Source: Octopus sinensis
Taxonomy: Eukaryota
Assembly (NCBI RefSeq): GCF_006345805.1
Contig: NC_043008.1
Coordinates: 34,162,001-34,226,000, forward strand
Direction: 5' to 3'
DNA: 64,000 nt
A program made the translations under genes and the position numbers. Below the pieces are notes generated by a model that had not been told where the DNA came from, ran no database searches, and worked only from the letters and a program-made list of their open reading frames with translations. Shown piece after piece: positions 24,313 to 37,663 of the stretch. The stretch's first letter is position 1. Each line of letters opens with the position of its first letter.

Positions 24313-25075
24313 GGGGGTACCCAAAAGAAACCGTATTTTGCAGTATTATTTTATTCACTTAGTTTTACATGTTTACACTTTTATTGCCTTCAAAGTATTC
24401 TTCATTTGAAGCAATGCATCAATCCAGACACGTTTTCCGCTGTTCGAAGCAGTCTTAGAACTCTTGAAAAGTGATGCCTTTTAAAGCCTCAGTCGTTTTT
24501 TTTTCTTTTATTCACTTCTCCTACATCTGCAAAACTTTTTCCTTTAAGGACTTTTTTCATTCGGGGGAACAAAAAAATGTTGCAGAGAGCACGATCGGGT
24601 GAATAGGGAGGATAAGTAAATAGAGTTATGCCAGCTTTGGTCAAAAACTGTCTCATACTGAAGGCGGTGTGCAAAGATGTATTGTCGTCATGAAACTACC
24701 ACTCACCACTTTGCCACCGGTCGGAGTGTTTTTCTCTCGCCGTGTCTCGCAAACGCTTCAGAACTTCCAAGTAAAATGTTTGGTTAACAGTTTAACCAGG
24801 AGGAACAAATTCTGTGTAGACAATGCCTTTCGCATCGATGAAACAAACGTCTTGACATTGGACTTCACTTGACGCATTTGGGGTGGGGGGTATAGTAAAA
24901 TCGAATGCTTCAATTGACTTGATTGCTCCTTCATTTCCGAGTCGTAGCCTTAGCACCAACTTTCGCCACCAGTGATGACCTTAGAAAAACAGGTTTGGAT
25001 CAACTTCTCACTGTTGTGTCAGTTCATGACACGCATTCAGTCGTGACTACTTTTGATCTTCCGTGAGCAAGTAAG
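24313..25075 (-). mobile_element. Mariner transposase remnant
   Basis: YPPYSPDRALCNIFLFPRMKKVLKG; VITGGESW; one TA-flanked end at 24313. Confidence 0.85.
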
Positions 25076-25594
25076 GCACTTGGAAAAGTGGATGAAAGAA
25101 AACAGGGAAATTAGATGAGAGATAAAAAAAAAGGGAAAAATGGACGAGCCAGGTAGGATTGCAGTTCTATGGAGTAAGTTAAGAAGTCTGGAGTGTTGGG
25201 TGTGTATGTACACGTAAAGGCATGTATCTGTGTTTAGTGATGCGCTTATTGTGGGGTTGGAGTTTTGTGTGAGTACTTTTGTAATGTGTGTAGAAGTATG
25301 CAAGTGCAGAAATATGGTGGGGTGGGATAGTGGGGATGTGATGTGTTTCTATGTGTATCTATTCGTATTGTGTGTGAGAAAATAATGGAAGAGAGGATGT
25401 GGGAACGGGTACGAGTGTGAGATACAAAGAAAGGTAAAGGGAATGTTGAGGATGTGACAGAAGTGCGTGAGTGTGTGTGTGTTTGTACGTGCAAGGATAT
25501 GGGTGTGACATACTGTTTCATGTAAAGAAGGTATGAACAAAAGAAGCGAAAACGAGAGAAAAGTTGCGAGTTTAAGGAGGAAAAAACGAGAGAG

Positions 25595-26340
25595 AAAAAA
25601 AATTACAATGGCTTCAACCACTGCTTCCAGACGACTTCAGAATCTGCAACTCTTCTGGACGGTCTCCTTGTTTAAGTTGGTGAATGATGCTATAGTCCTT
25701 GCCGTCAGTTCATCTTTGGTATTACAGGGAGTTTTGTTGGTCTCTCGCTCAACTAGGCCCCCACACATAATAACCAAAGAGTTTGAAGTCTGGGGAGTTA
25801 GGTAGCCATATGTTAGGGGTGATGTGGTCACAGAAACTGTCTGACGGCCATGACTGGGTTCCTTTGCTTGTATGGCATGGTGCAGAGACCTGTTGCCAGA
25901 CATAGGGTTTTCCAGCAGCCACCATTTCGATCCTGGGTAGCACTACCTCCCCCAGGCATTTGATGTAGGTCTTCATGTTGAGTCTGAGGCTGTGTGAGAA
26001 GATGATTGGAGGTATAACGTCGCCATCACTAGTGATCACTGCAAACACTATGATGTTGACTGGATGTTTGATTTTTATCACTCTAGGCACATGTCCTCAG
26101 ACTGACGCCCAAACGCTCTGAAATATTCGTACTGGAGCTTCTGGCGCGAATGCCAAGCAGTACAGCATGTCGTTTCTAAATTTCTGCAAAAAAAAGAAGC
26201 AAAATGGTGTTACAATTTACGATATCTTTGTTTGTAGGCCTGTTCTATCAGAGATGATGTGGAGCTAAACAACAACAACATTACAATTTCTAACATTTTT
26301 ACAAAGACACAGAGGGGACAAAAATCAATTAAGTGTGACC
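25595..26340 (-). mobile_element. Tc1/mariner DD37D (maT)-like remnant, internally deleted
   Basis: KHPVNIIVFAVITSDG..YVWQQVSAPCHTS..WLPNSPDF..YYVWG. Confidence 0.8.
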
Positions 26341-26959
26341 GCAATGCATTACTGGTACAATTATGATTGCCACTGGAAGGATGAAAGAGAAACTCTATTC
26401 GACCGAATTTAGCCATCACAATTCTTAAAGTGTAACTTAAGATTTGATAAACTTCTTGTCATTGATAAATCTATCTATTTGGACTTTGGTGATTCAAATG
26501 TCACCTTCTAGTCATTCCACAAAAAGACTTTCTTTGTGATAAGGTCTTTTTGTTTAAGCTGCTTGATAGAAGGTGACTTTTATCGTCAGATTTTAAAGGC
26601 ATGTATCTATGGTAGAGCACTCGCCGGTATCTGAGGGGTACAGTTTCGACTCCCGTGACCCCTGCTGGCAACTTTTTCTGTCTTATAAAGATAAATATCC
26701 AATCTCTGATGTTCTTGCAGCCTCACTGCACTCGAAATTTTGTCTCTTGTTTGTAAAATACATAACTCAGTCGACTCTTCCAAATTTAGCTTGATGAGAA
26801 CGTTTCTTTCATTGTGTTAAAATGTGTAAATGTAGTCGAAGTCAACAGTATTTTTAATTTCTATCGCTGGGCATTTATTTTTATGAATAATATTGTATAT
26901 TGCTATAGCAAGAAAATCATACCGCATACGGTGAGATGATAACTTAAGAGTTTCAAGAT

Positions 26960-27510
26960 AGACATAGCCTGTGTAATATGGTTCCGGGTTCAGTCCCACT
27001 GCGTGACCCACTGAGCAGGTGTCCTCTTCGATATAAGAATGAATTTCGTAGAAGTGAACTGAAAGAATCCCATTGTATATGTGTGTGTGCGTGTGTGTGT
27101 GTGTGTGTGCGTGCGTGCGTGCGTGTGCGTGTGTGTGTCTTTGTGTCCCCCACCATTACTTGACAATCAGTGTGGATGTGTTTACATCGAAGTACCGGGG
27201 TCAATTCGTTCGACTAATATTCTTCAAGGCGGTGCCCCAGCATGGCCGCATTCTAATGGATGAAACAAGTTACGGATAAAAGATAAATGATAGTTGTTGA
27301 ATCACATACATAATCTCTTCCACGACTGAGATATAATTGTCATTGTCTTTCGCATCTTTGAGGTATAAGGGCCTCATTTTTTAAAATTCAATTATATGGT
27401 TCCAGGTTCAGTCCCATTGTGTGGCTCCTTGGGCAAATGTCTTCTACAGTCGGGCAGACCAAAAGCTTTGTAAGTGGATTTGATAGACGAAAACTGAAAG
27501 ATGCCGGCCA
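26960..27510. mobile_element. Family B SINE fragments (+ 26960-27290; - 27395-27510)
   Basis: Shared head and tail motifs. Confidence 0.7.
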
Positions 27511-27534
27511 TACACACACACACACATACACACA

Positions 27535-27581
<47 letters not shown>

Positions 27582-27630
27582 CATACATATATATACATAT
27601 ATATATATATATATACGTATATATATACAT

Positions 27631-27663
<33 letters not shown>

Positions 27664-27696
27664 CATATTAATACATATATATATACATATATATAC

Positions 27697-27731
<35 letters not shown>

Positions 27732-28108
27732 CACTACCGTCAGAAATTAATTAGCACCCTTGATTTGCTCTTCACTCAAGGTATGTGCTGTCACCTAGTG
27801 GCCATATCTCGAACTATTGCTTTGTTGCGAGTTCACTGTTGCGCAGAACGATGACGTTTTGTTTGCAGAGCAGTTTGAGAGTCTACAGCCTTATGATGTT
27901 GACATATCAGTGCAACAACAACTTGGAGTGCGGATGCAGACAAATCTTCCTTTGTTTAATAGATATAGGTAGCGCCTCGCAAGGACCGAAATCATACCAT
28001 ACTAAGTTTTCTCATCGCGTAAGACGTTTTGAACAGCTCATAGGTTAATTGATTTAACCTATTTAATGTAGAAATTTGAGAAGTGCTAATTAATTTATGA
28101 CGCAAGTG
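27732..28108. mobile_element. Tc1-type MITE
   Basis: TIR CACTACCGTCAGAAATTAATTAGCAC versus CACTTGCGTCATAAATTAATTAGCAC; TA on both sides. Confidence 0.8.
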
Positions 28109-28182
28109 TATGTATATATATGTATATATATATATATATATAGGTGTATGTATGTATGTATGGATGTATGTATATATGTATG

Positions 28183-28231
<49 letters not shown>

Positions 28232-28581
28232 GAGAGAGAGATGTGTGTGTCTTTATGTCTGTCTTTGTTCTCCCCCACCCATCACCGGTGTTGATGTGCT
28301 TACGTCCTCGTAAATTAGTAGTTCAGCATAAGAGAATGATAGAATAAGTACTAAGCTTTAAAAATAAAACGAAATCAAGATGGTGCTCCAGCATGGTCGC
28401 AGTCAAATGACTGGAACAAGCTAAAAAATATAGAATAATAAAGTAAGATATTTTGAAGTTAACCTTTTGTTCTTAAATTACAAAACAGACACATCGAAAT
28501 ATAATCTGATGTAGTGATCTCGATCCAAGATAAAATTAACTACATCACAATGCTGGCATTGTTTACAGTGTACAAACTTAC

Positions 28582-28854
28582 ATTTGAAATACTATTTTCC
28601 TCATTGTATAATGTTTTCGCCTCCACGTTCTTATTCAAATAGATTTGTCCAGCAGGACTAAAGTCGTATGAGATAACATCAGCGGCCGAGTACTTCTGGA
28701 GTGATTCACTTTCAACTCCAGATACGTACGTTTCTTCATTTTTGAAAACTTTGTGTATTAAATTCTGACGTTGGCATTCAGCAGCGATAGCTGAGTCTTT
28801 CTGTAAAAAAGGCTTTCTCAACTGATCATAAGCCGCCTCATCTCGCCTTCACAT
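28582..28854 (-). CDS. Candidate host exon, tyrosine-motif-rich (AAYDQL, TYVS, SYDF, IYLN, LYNE)
   Basis: Unique sequence; donor AAT|GTAAGT at 28582; acceptors at 28800 (phase 0, 219 nt open) or 28854 (needs a 1-nt correction). Confidence 0.4.
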
Positions 28855-28997
28855 CTGAAAGTAACGCCAGTCAATATCGCTATTGTTGTGAAAGCTTCCT
28901 CTTGAAGATAGAACCGTATGGATTTTATTATCAATAAAATTACTTTTGTCTTTAGTCCATTTCAATAACTCAGATGTTAGCAACAACGCTTATATAT

Positions 28998-29071
<74 letters not shown>

Positions 29072-29111
29072 TTATATATATATATATATAATATATATAT
29101 ATATACATATA

Positions 29112-29155
<44 letters not shown>

Positions 29156-29239
29156 TAAACTTACTTAGATAAACTTAGATATGTTTCGACCAAAGATTGG
29201 TCCAGGCCATGTCTAACTTAATAGCACCACCTGATAGGA

Positions 29240-30955
29240 TTATTCGAATCCTGTTTAAGTCAAGTTTTGTTTAAGTCAAGTTTTGTTCAAGTAGTGAGTT
29301 CTTGTTGGGTGAGTTGTATCCAGTTTTGTTCAAGTAGTGAGTTCTTGTTGGGTGAGGTGTATCCAATTATGGGTGGCTTATCTGGTATTCTTTGAAGGAA
29401 TCTATCCAGACTCTGTTTAAAGTTGATGGGATCCTTTTCCTCTTTAATCTCCCTCGGGACAATGTTAAATAGGGCAGGGCCTGTTGAGGAAAAGAAATTA
29501 TGTTGCAGTGTACATGTATGTTGTGATTTTGAATTGGGCAGGGGACGTATAGCCCGTGGTCCAAGTCTTGGGTGAACCTTGAAGCTAATGTTTAGGTCGT
29601 TTGGGCAAAGTTGGCGGTATATTTTCCACATCGTACAAATGATGTACCGCTCACGGCGACGCTGGAGGGAGTAAAGTTTCAAGGCTTTAAGGCGATCCCA
29701 ATAATCGAGAGCAGCCATGCCTTCAATTTGTTTAGTGAGAGCCCTCTGGGGTGACTCAATTCTGGAGATGTTTTGTCTTGTGTGAGGAGACCACAGTGGG
29801 CAGCAGTATTCAAGGTGTGGCCGTACAAAGGAGGAAAAAAGTGGTATGATGACACCTTGTTCTCTGGACCGGAAAGTTCTTAAGATCCAGGAACTCATCC
29901 TACGAGCTATATCGACCTTCTTGTTGATGTGTGCACTTCAACTGAGATCGTCATCAACAATTACACCCAGGTCTCTGATATTGTTAGAGGCTGTGAGCGG
30001 TTCCCCTGAAGGAAGAGAGTATGGTTGTTTTAGTGAGGAATTTCTTCCAAAATGCATCAGCTCAAATTTTCTCTCATTCAGTTGCATTTTGTTTCTGTCT
30101 GCCCATTGACTCACAGCATATAGATCAGACTGGAGTTGAGTTCGGTCTGCTTCTTCATTGACAATTTGCTGGAGCTTAGTGTCATCAGCGAATATTTTCA
30201 CTTTGCAGTAATGTACTACACTGGAAAGGTCGTTTACGTAAATTATGAAGAGTAGCGGATCCAAAACAGTTCCCTGGGGAACACCGCTGGTGACTTTTGC
30301 TGGGTTTGAGTGGACTCCATCAACTACAACATGTTGTGTTCTATTCGCCAGGAAATACTTAATCCAGTGTAGAACTTTTGCACGGATTCCAACATTTGCC
30401 AATTTTGAGAGTAGGATGTTATGGTCTACCCTGTCGAACGCTTTACTGAAGTCAAGATATATGACGTCAGAGTTCGAACCTGTTCACAAGGCTTTGAGTA
30501 CATCTTCAATGTGGTGTAAGAGCTGTGTTAGACAGTCTCTGCCACAGCGAAAGCCATGCTGATTTGAATTTAGGAGTTTGTGGGTCTCCAGGAAGTCAGC
30601 TATCCTTGATCTTAACACTCTTTCAAACACTTTAATGATGTGGGAGGTGAGTGAGATTGGGCGATAGTTGACTGCGAGGGATCTATTTCCCTGTTTGAAA
30701 ACCGGGATGACCGACTGGGATAGAAACTGTTTCGGTATATAACCTGCGTCTAACGAATTTCTCCAGAGGTTGGTCAGAGGGACTGCAAGTTGATATCTAC
30801 ATTCCTTCAGGAGACTAGCGGGAAATCTATCAGGGCCTACAGCAGAGTAATGTTTGACCTCATTTATTGCTGCTACGATGTCGGTGGCAGTGAAGGTTAT
30901 GTCTGAGATTTTGTGTTGGGAGCCAACTTCGTTCGTTTCCCTTACGTCAATATCA
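29240..30955 (-). mobile_element. CR1-like LINE ORF2 (complete RT domain), pseudogenised, 5'-truncated
   Basis: YRPISLTS, DFSKAFDRVDH, GVPQGTVL, IFADDTKL, VRPHLEYCCPLWSP, LKLYSLQRRRERY; contains a stop and a frameshift. Confidence 0.93.
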
Positions 30956-30958
30956 GTA

Positions 30959-31004
<46 letters not shown>

Positions 31005-31509
31005 GGTCCCGGGTTGATTCGGGGTTAACCACAGTAAATAAGGTACTCAATACATAGCAGAGTAAAATTAATTTATTATATAGAAGGAGCTTCTACAGGA
31101 CTAGAACTGTTTCATTCAAGAGAAATCTTCAGGAAGCTAGTTAACAAGAATTGTATTGGCATTTATACATTTAGGCAGGTTTATAGGGGTGGTGGCGGGG
31201 GACTTTTTGGGGGTAGGCATAGCGCAAAAAAATCATACTTGGGGGAGTGGTCAAGGAGTCAGTGGTAAATTAGATAGAAGAATAAATAAAAAATAAAAAA
31301 AGAATAAATACAAAATATATAGAAGAATAGAGTTTTAGGTAAATAGGAAATCTCAACACACACACATATACTACACACATACATACACACACACCATATA
31401 TATATATATATATATACACACACCACACATATTCATACATATATCTACATATTATATATATATATATATATAATATATATACCTTAATTTTACCCTCAAT
31501 TGTTGAAAT

Positions 31510-31960
31510 TATAATTCATCTCTCTCTGCTAAATGCTGCGGTTTTCACCGTTAATACATGGTGTTTGTCAATTTTAACCCACGCTGGTGGAAAGCGGAGA
31601 GCAGAAATTCTTCGCTTGCATATTCGAATTTGATAGCACTTTTAGTTCGAGCAGAATTCTAGAGGTGATTAGAAGCCGAAAGGGTATGCTCCCGACTTTC
31701 AGTGTTCCCAAATCCGATTCAAGGAATTCTGAGCTGAAGAAAGAATGTCGAATTGACTAATCTAGAAACGTACGTTCTCAAATAACCTTTGCACTTGATT
31801 TTTAATGTTTTTTCCCCCATACTTTTGTGAGTTGGTTTAGGCAAACACTATCTGAGAGAGATCTTCTTTAAGTATTAGAAATAGCTGAAGAAATTTCTTT
31901 AGCTGCTATTTCTAATGAGTTCAGTATGTGGCAAAGTAATTTATTTTACTAAGCCCTTAT
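31510..31960 (+). mobile_element. Non-coding HHR-bearing repeat (HHR at 31730-31780)
   Basis: TGAG-CTGAAGA-...-GAAACGTACGTT-CTCA; 3' part homologous to 37750-37930. Confidence 0.65.
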
Positions 31961-32409
31961 ATATAATGTAATATTATATACCTATACATATACATACATA
32001 CACATATACATGCATATACACATACATACACACATGTATATATACACACACACGACCACACATACACATACACACAAAAAATATATACATACACACACAT
32101 ACACATACACACATACACACACGTATCCACATACACACATGCACACACAACACACAAGTCCCTAGGGGCAATGCCTTGAAGAATTTTAGTTGAAGAAATC
32201 GACTTCAGTACTTATTTCTTTCTAAACCTGGTGCTTATCATATCGGACTCATTTTCCCGAACCATTAAGTTACGAAAATATAAACAAACCAGCACCAGAG
32301 TCCTTTCAGTTTCCGTCTTCTAAATCCACTCACAAGACCTTGGTCTGCCCAGGGCTAGAGTAGAAGACAATTTTCCAAAGGTGCAAAGTTCCTACCACAC
32401 AGACAGGTC

Positions 32410-32760
32410 CAGGTACAAAAAATATGCGGCCCATATGACATCAGGTTAGTATTCAAGAGTAATACAACACTTCGCAAATATCTCCTTCCAGTAAAACCAC
32501 CAATAGAAGAGAATATGACCAAAGACTGCATGTATTCCATCCCATGTAGTTGTGGTAGGTTATTACAAAGGCGAAACATTTCGCCCCTCAAAATAAGAGT
32601 AGATGAACATCGCAAAGCTGTGACACGAGGAGATATTGATAAATCGGGTATAGCTGATCATGTATGGAAAAATGGAGACATCCCCCCCGTGAGATGAAGT
32701 TAAAATAATAGACTGAGAATACCACTGGAAAATACGAAAACCCGAGTGCAGATATGAGTA
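32410..32760 (+). mobile_element. Penelope-like GIY-YIG endonuclease fragment
   Basis: IRLVFKSNTTLRKYL..DCMYSIPCSCG..PLKIRVDEHRK..KSGIADHVW. Confidence 0.85.
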
Positions 32761-32840
32761 GCATATGGGAACTGGTATTAAGGAAAGATAGGAAAATATT
32801 AGATTTATAAGCCCTAAAATTCACTCCGTAATTGCCCACA

Positions 32841-32907
32841 GGTATATAGCGTAGTGGTTAAGAGCGCGGGCCACTAACCCCAAAAGTTCGATTCCATGCA
32901 GTGATCT
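32841..32907 (+). mobile_element. tRNA-sized mini-SINE with (TAA)n tail
   Basis: A-box TAGCGTAGTGG and B-box GTTCGATTCC; second copy at 50304-50380. Confidence 0.65.
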
Positions 32908-33654
32908 TAATAATAATAATATTAATAATAATAATAACAGGTTCGAAATTTCCCCAACAAGATGAGGACAAATATCCGTCAAATGTAAATAATGCACATA
33001 ATTCCTCATCTCTTAAATATAGAACTGTATATATAAATATATATATGCTTGTCTGTCCGTATCACCTATGTACCTATCCATTTACCTACTTACATGTATA
33101 TAATTATATATGTGTGTGTGTGTTTGCGTGTGTGTATAAATATAATTATATATATAGGTACATAGAAGATACGGACAGACAAGCACACACACATACCCAA
33201 ATACATACACAAGAGACAGAAACACATGACTATATACACCAGGACACATAACAGATGCACGTATATTGTCACACAAACCCATACACATAGACACAATCAA
33301 ACACGCACACACACAAAGAGACAGATATACACGCACAAATACACACACACACACAAGCATAATCATACAAGCACATGAATATGCAGAATACATACATACA
33401 AACATACACGCACGCATACATATATATATGTGCATACACACACGCATACATACACACATACATACATATGTGTATACACATGCACACTGACGCACACACA
33501 TGTGCACAAACAAACAAACAAAAAGAACACAGCTCTGATAACGGACAGAGTCTACGACTATTTCAGAGGTTGGAAAAAGCAACGAAAATTTCAGAAAAAG
33601 TAAATAAATAAATAAATGAGTGGAAATCGAACCGGTGCGTGTGTTAATTAATAA

Positions 33655-35740
33655 GGCATTTATATTACCCATAAACGTTGTACACAGAGGTGACAATACA
33701 GGACGGAGAGACGTATGATTAAACAAGGTGTGTACATATAAGGCGAAAATGTATGAGAAAAGCGAATGAAATAACAATATGGAGTGAGGGACGTGGGGTC
33801 GCACAAGCCACGAACCAAAACCTATCTTTCTGTTTACCTCTTGATTTTCGCGCTCCAGTTGGCTCATTCATACTTATCAAATGCGCTACTGTCATCCAGC
33901 TTGCTGCAAATTTTCGCGGTGGTAGGTTTTCTTCTCTCCATCTTTAATTTGAACTAATTTTATTAACCTTTTGCAATTCCTTTCATGCGTGTCATACGAC
34001 CTCTTAGTGCTGTTACTTACATTTGCTCGCCGAGGAGGGGCGTTGGTTGTCCCTCCCCTTCCGGTGTGATTTGTGAGGTGCTCCCTTTGAATAGGATGTG
34101 TATAGGTGTTTGGTGAAAGTTCTTTGTAATGGACCTATATCATTTGGATACTTTAAGTTCTATGTAAGAAATGTTGTCAATGTATATGACTTCTATGTTC
34201 ACTGGCATCTTTGGGTTATATGGAACTTGGTCTGGAGTGACGTTTGGGTTCTTGTGGATGAGTTCTACAAGAGTGGTGTTATTAGCGTTGATTGCGTGAT
34301 GTTTATTAGTGTGCCTGGGGATGATGGGTTAGGTGTTTGGAGTTCGTGTGTGAGAGCTATGAGTGCAGGTGTTTGGATATATAGGATGGTGCGGGGAGTA
34401 TTTTTTTCGCTACTTGCTTCCATTCATAGTCCATGTTTTGATTAAGGGTCGGGGCTGGGTTGTCCAGGGTACCTCTCTTGAGTTTTTTTGTTTCCTTCCA
34501 CGGATCTTCAGATGTGGGTTTCATGAGAGTAGTGAGGGTTGGTTCGTCTATTTTTCTTTTGGAGTCGCCGGGGGTTGTTGAGTTTACCTCTTGATGTTCG
34601 CGCGTTGTTGGTTGTTCTTGTGGACATTCGGCTCTAATGGGCCCTTTTAGTCAACACTTATAACATCTAGGTTTTCTCCCCTCCACCATAACTCCCAGAG
34701 TAGTCTCGTCCGGTAACAGCACCTGGTCTGGTAAATTTTCCAAATCTTGTTGGGTGGCCTGGATTACAAGTTCCAGGCCTTGCCCCCACGAGTTTTGCAG
34801 GTGTAGCTTAGTGATCTAGAGGATGGGGACTCTATTCTCCAGGTTCAGTAGCACGGCCGCCACCAGCTACACCACGTCTATCTCCGGTGGGATCTCCCCT
34901 GTCTTAATTTTTTATGTACGCTTCCCGAGATTGGTCGGAAGCAGTGCCATGTCTGCCGTTTTTAAGGAAGCTGTAGAGTGCATTTTAGTTTTCCTCTCAG
35001 AGTCGAACCTTGCTTCCACTGTGGTAAAACGTTCCCCTCTGGCAACGTATTAGATGTCATGCCAGACTGGCTGTATGCACTTTTCTATTGCTTCTCTTGA
35101 TGCCATTTCTATCTTTGTTTTTCATGAGAATGTTTTATAAATGATGGTTTTCCGCTTTGTTATATGTTTCACGTCCCCCGTGGTGACGGGAGTCAATTTT
35201 ACGTTAGTTCCTTCCTTTTGCGCGAGACATTTGTATTTATTTAGTTCGCTCGGGCCGACTTGGACCGCTTCGCTTATGACACCGGCCACGGATGCGAAGT
35301 TAACCCTATCATTACCAGCCTGTGGTTTTATTTCCGGGTTGGTTTCCCTCTGTTCAGGTATGTCTCCCTTTACTTTGTTTCGTGACTTGGGAGGGAGGGG
35401 TACATTTCCTGGTACAACTCGTCTAAAAGACTATCCGGAATCTCGTATTGGGAGTGGGGCGTATCCTGTTAGTTCGATATCCATGTTTGAATACACAGAA
35501 GGAAAAGTAAAAATAATTCGCTCCTAAACAGGAGGAATTCACAAAACACAAACCTGCTAAAACAGGTAATGTGTCAAAGACACAGAAAATAGCAAAAAGT
35601 GCTAACAATTCAACAAAGTGGTAACATTCCAATAACAACGGTAATTTAAAACGATAAACCTACAATCGACACGGCAGCAGCAAAACGAAAGACACGTCTG
35701 TTAAGTGACAAGGCATTAAAACAGAATAACTCACCCCAGA
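33655..35740 (-). mobile_element. LINE ORF1 (gag-like)-only element, degenerate
   Basis: One frame from ATG 35484 with scattered stops; VEGRKPRCYKC*LKGPIRAECP zinc knuckle at 34622-34683; no ORF2 follows. Confidence 0.7.
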
Positions 35741-35766
35741 CACAATATTATAAATACACACACACA

Positions 35767-36909
35767 CACATGACAGAAGTAAATAGACAACCCCAAAACA
35801 TCGTTTCATGTTTAACTTGAAAAGGTTTATATCGTTTATTAATTGACATTTTTATGTTTCAGGTTCTATAAGTGATTGTTTAATCTTACCATGTACAAAA
35901 GAAGCATTGGAACTGTCCGAATTTCAAAGAGGCCGTATAGTGGGCCAATCTGAAGGTGGACAACGTAAAATCGCAAATAAACATTGGGATCCCACTTTCT
36001 ACAGTGAAATTCACCAGAGAAAGGAAGGGGTCCATATCATCTTGCCCAGGTCGGCCAGGGCCCTCTAACAGGACCCTTCACTTTGTTAAAAGAAGTGTGG
36101 AGGATAATCCACTTTGCAAGGCCTCTGACAGAGAAAAATATGTTGATGTCAGTCCCAGAACAGCTGTCGGGTATCTTCACAAACTTGGCTACTATGGCAG
36201 AACAGCAAGAAGGAAGCTACAGCCAGCCAATACAAAGCTGAGAAAAGATTGTGCCAGTGATATGGTGGAGAGGTCACTAGCATTTTGAGTCACTGTCATA
36301 TTCTCTGATGGGTCCAGATTTGTTGTATTTTCTGACAGTAGTCGAGTGTCGGTCTGGAGACTCTGTGATCAAGAAATTGATGTGAAAAAGTTGCAGCTAA
36401 CAATAAAACATGGTGTCTACTCTGTGAATGTCTGGGGAGCAATTTGGAGCAATGGTTGATCAGAGTTGGTGGAGTGTGAGGGAAGGAAAAATAAACTCAG
36501 ATATATATGTGTCTATATTGCAGAAAGGACTCCTTCCAATCTTCTCCAGTGGTGAAATGATTAAAGAAGAGTATTTATGGAAGATGGGGCTCCTTGTCAT
36601 ACAGCTGAAAAGACCCAAGATTGATTGGAAGATAATTGCATTAGAAAGCTTCCATGGGCAAGCCAGTCACCAGATATGAACACCTCAGGGGCATAATGGA
36701 CAGGACATTTTGTAAAAAGAACAAGAAGACATCCTCAAATACAGATTGTTTGTGACTGCTGCATAAAAAAATTGCATGAAATTCGTTAAGAGAATATCCG
36801 CCATCTGATCAGTAGCATGCTTATAAGGTCCTTGCACTGAAAAATTCGAAGGGCATTTAGATTTAAATAAATTTTAACGATTATTAGGGGGTCTATTTAC
36901 TTGTCATGT
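35767..36909 (+). mobile_element. Tc1 (DD34E-type) element, degenerate, both TIRs present
   Basis: TIR ACATGACA(GA)AGTAAATAGAC; CPGRPG, VIFSDGS, VNVWGAI, DGAPCHTA, WASQSPDMN. Confidence 0.88.
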
Positions 36910-36921
36910 TTGCGCGCGTAT

Positions 36922-37011
<90 letters not shown>

Positions 37012-37053
37012 ATATATGTGTGTGTGTGTACACACACACACACACACACACAG

Positions 37054-37452
37054 GGGCAGGCGTGGCTGTGTGGTAAGAAGCTTGCTTCCCAAACACATGG
37101 TTCCTCGTTCTGTCCCACTACAGAGCACCTTGGGCAAGTGTCTTCTATTGTAGCGGGCCGACCAAAGCCCTGTGAGTGGGTATGGTAGACGGAAACTGTA
37201 AGAAGCCCGTCGTGTATACATATGTATGTGTGTGTATAGATTTATATCTTTGTGTCTGTGTTTGTCTCCCCACCATCACTTGACAACAGATGTTGGTATG
37301 TTTACGTCCCCGTAATTTATCGGTTCGACAAAAGATCGATAGAATAAATACTAGGCTTACAAATAATAAGTCCTGAAGTCGATTTGTTCGACTAAAAACC
37401 CCTTTGAGGCGTTGTTCCAGCATGGCCGCAGTCAAATGACTGAAACAAGTGA
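37054..37452 (+). mobile_element. SINE family B
   Basis: Head, body and tail present. Confidence 0.85.
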
Positions 37453-37498
<46 letters not shown>

Positions 37499-37663
37499 AA
37501 TAATAATAATACGAACGAGGCTCTGCATCTTCCCCTGTAGAGCCTCGTTCGTATATTTTGAATTCGTTAGTACTGGAGATGTCGGGGATAGTTTGTCTGA
37601 GGTTACTCAAATCGGATGGGTATGTTCGGTTTTTAGTGCTCTCAAATTTAAATTTAATGAAAA

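Noticed and set aside
29170-29215. GACCAA/TTGGTC-GAAAC hammerhead half on the minus strand
   Set aside because: No CUGANGA core upstream.
31098-31135. CTGAAGA...GAAAC motif on the minus strand
   Set aside because: Stems I and III are poorly formed; it may be a decayed HHR but is not supportable from this copy.
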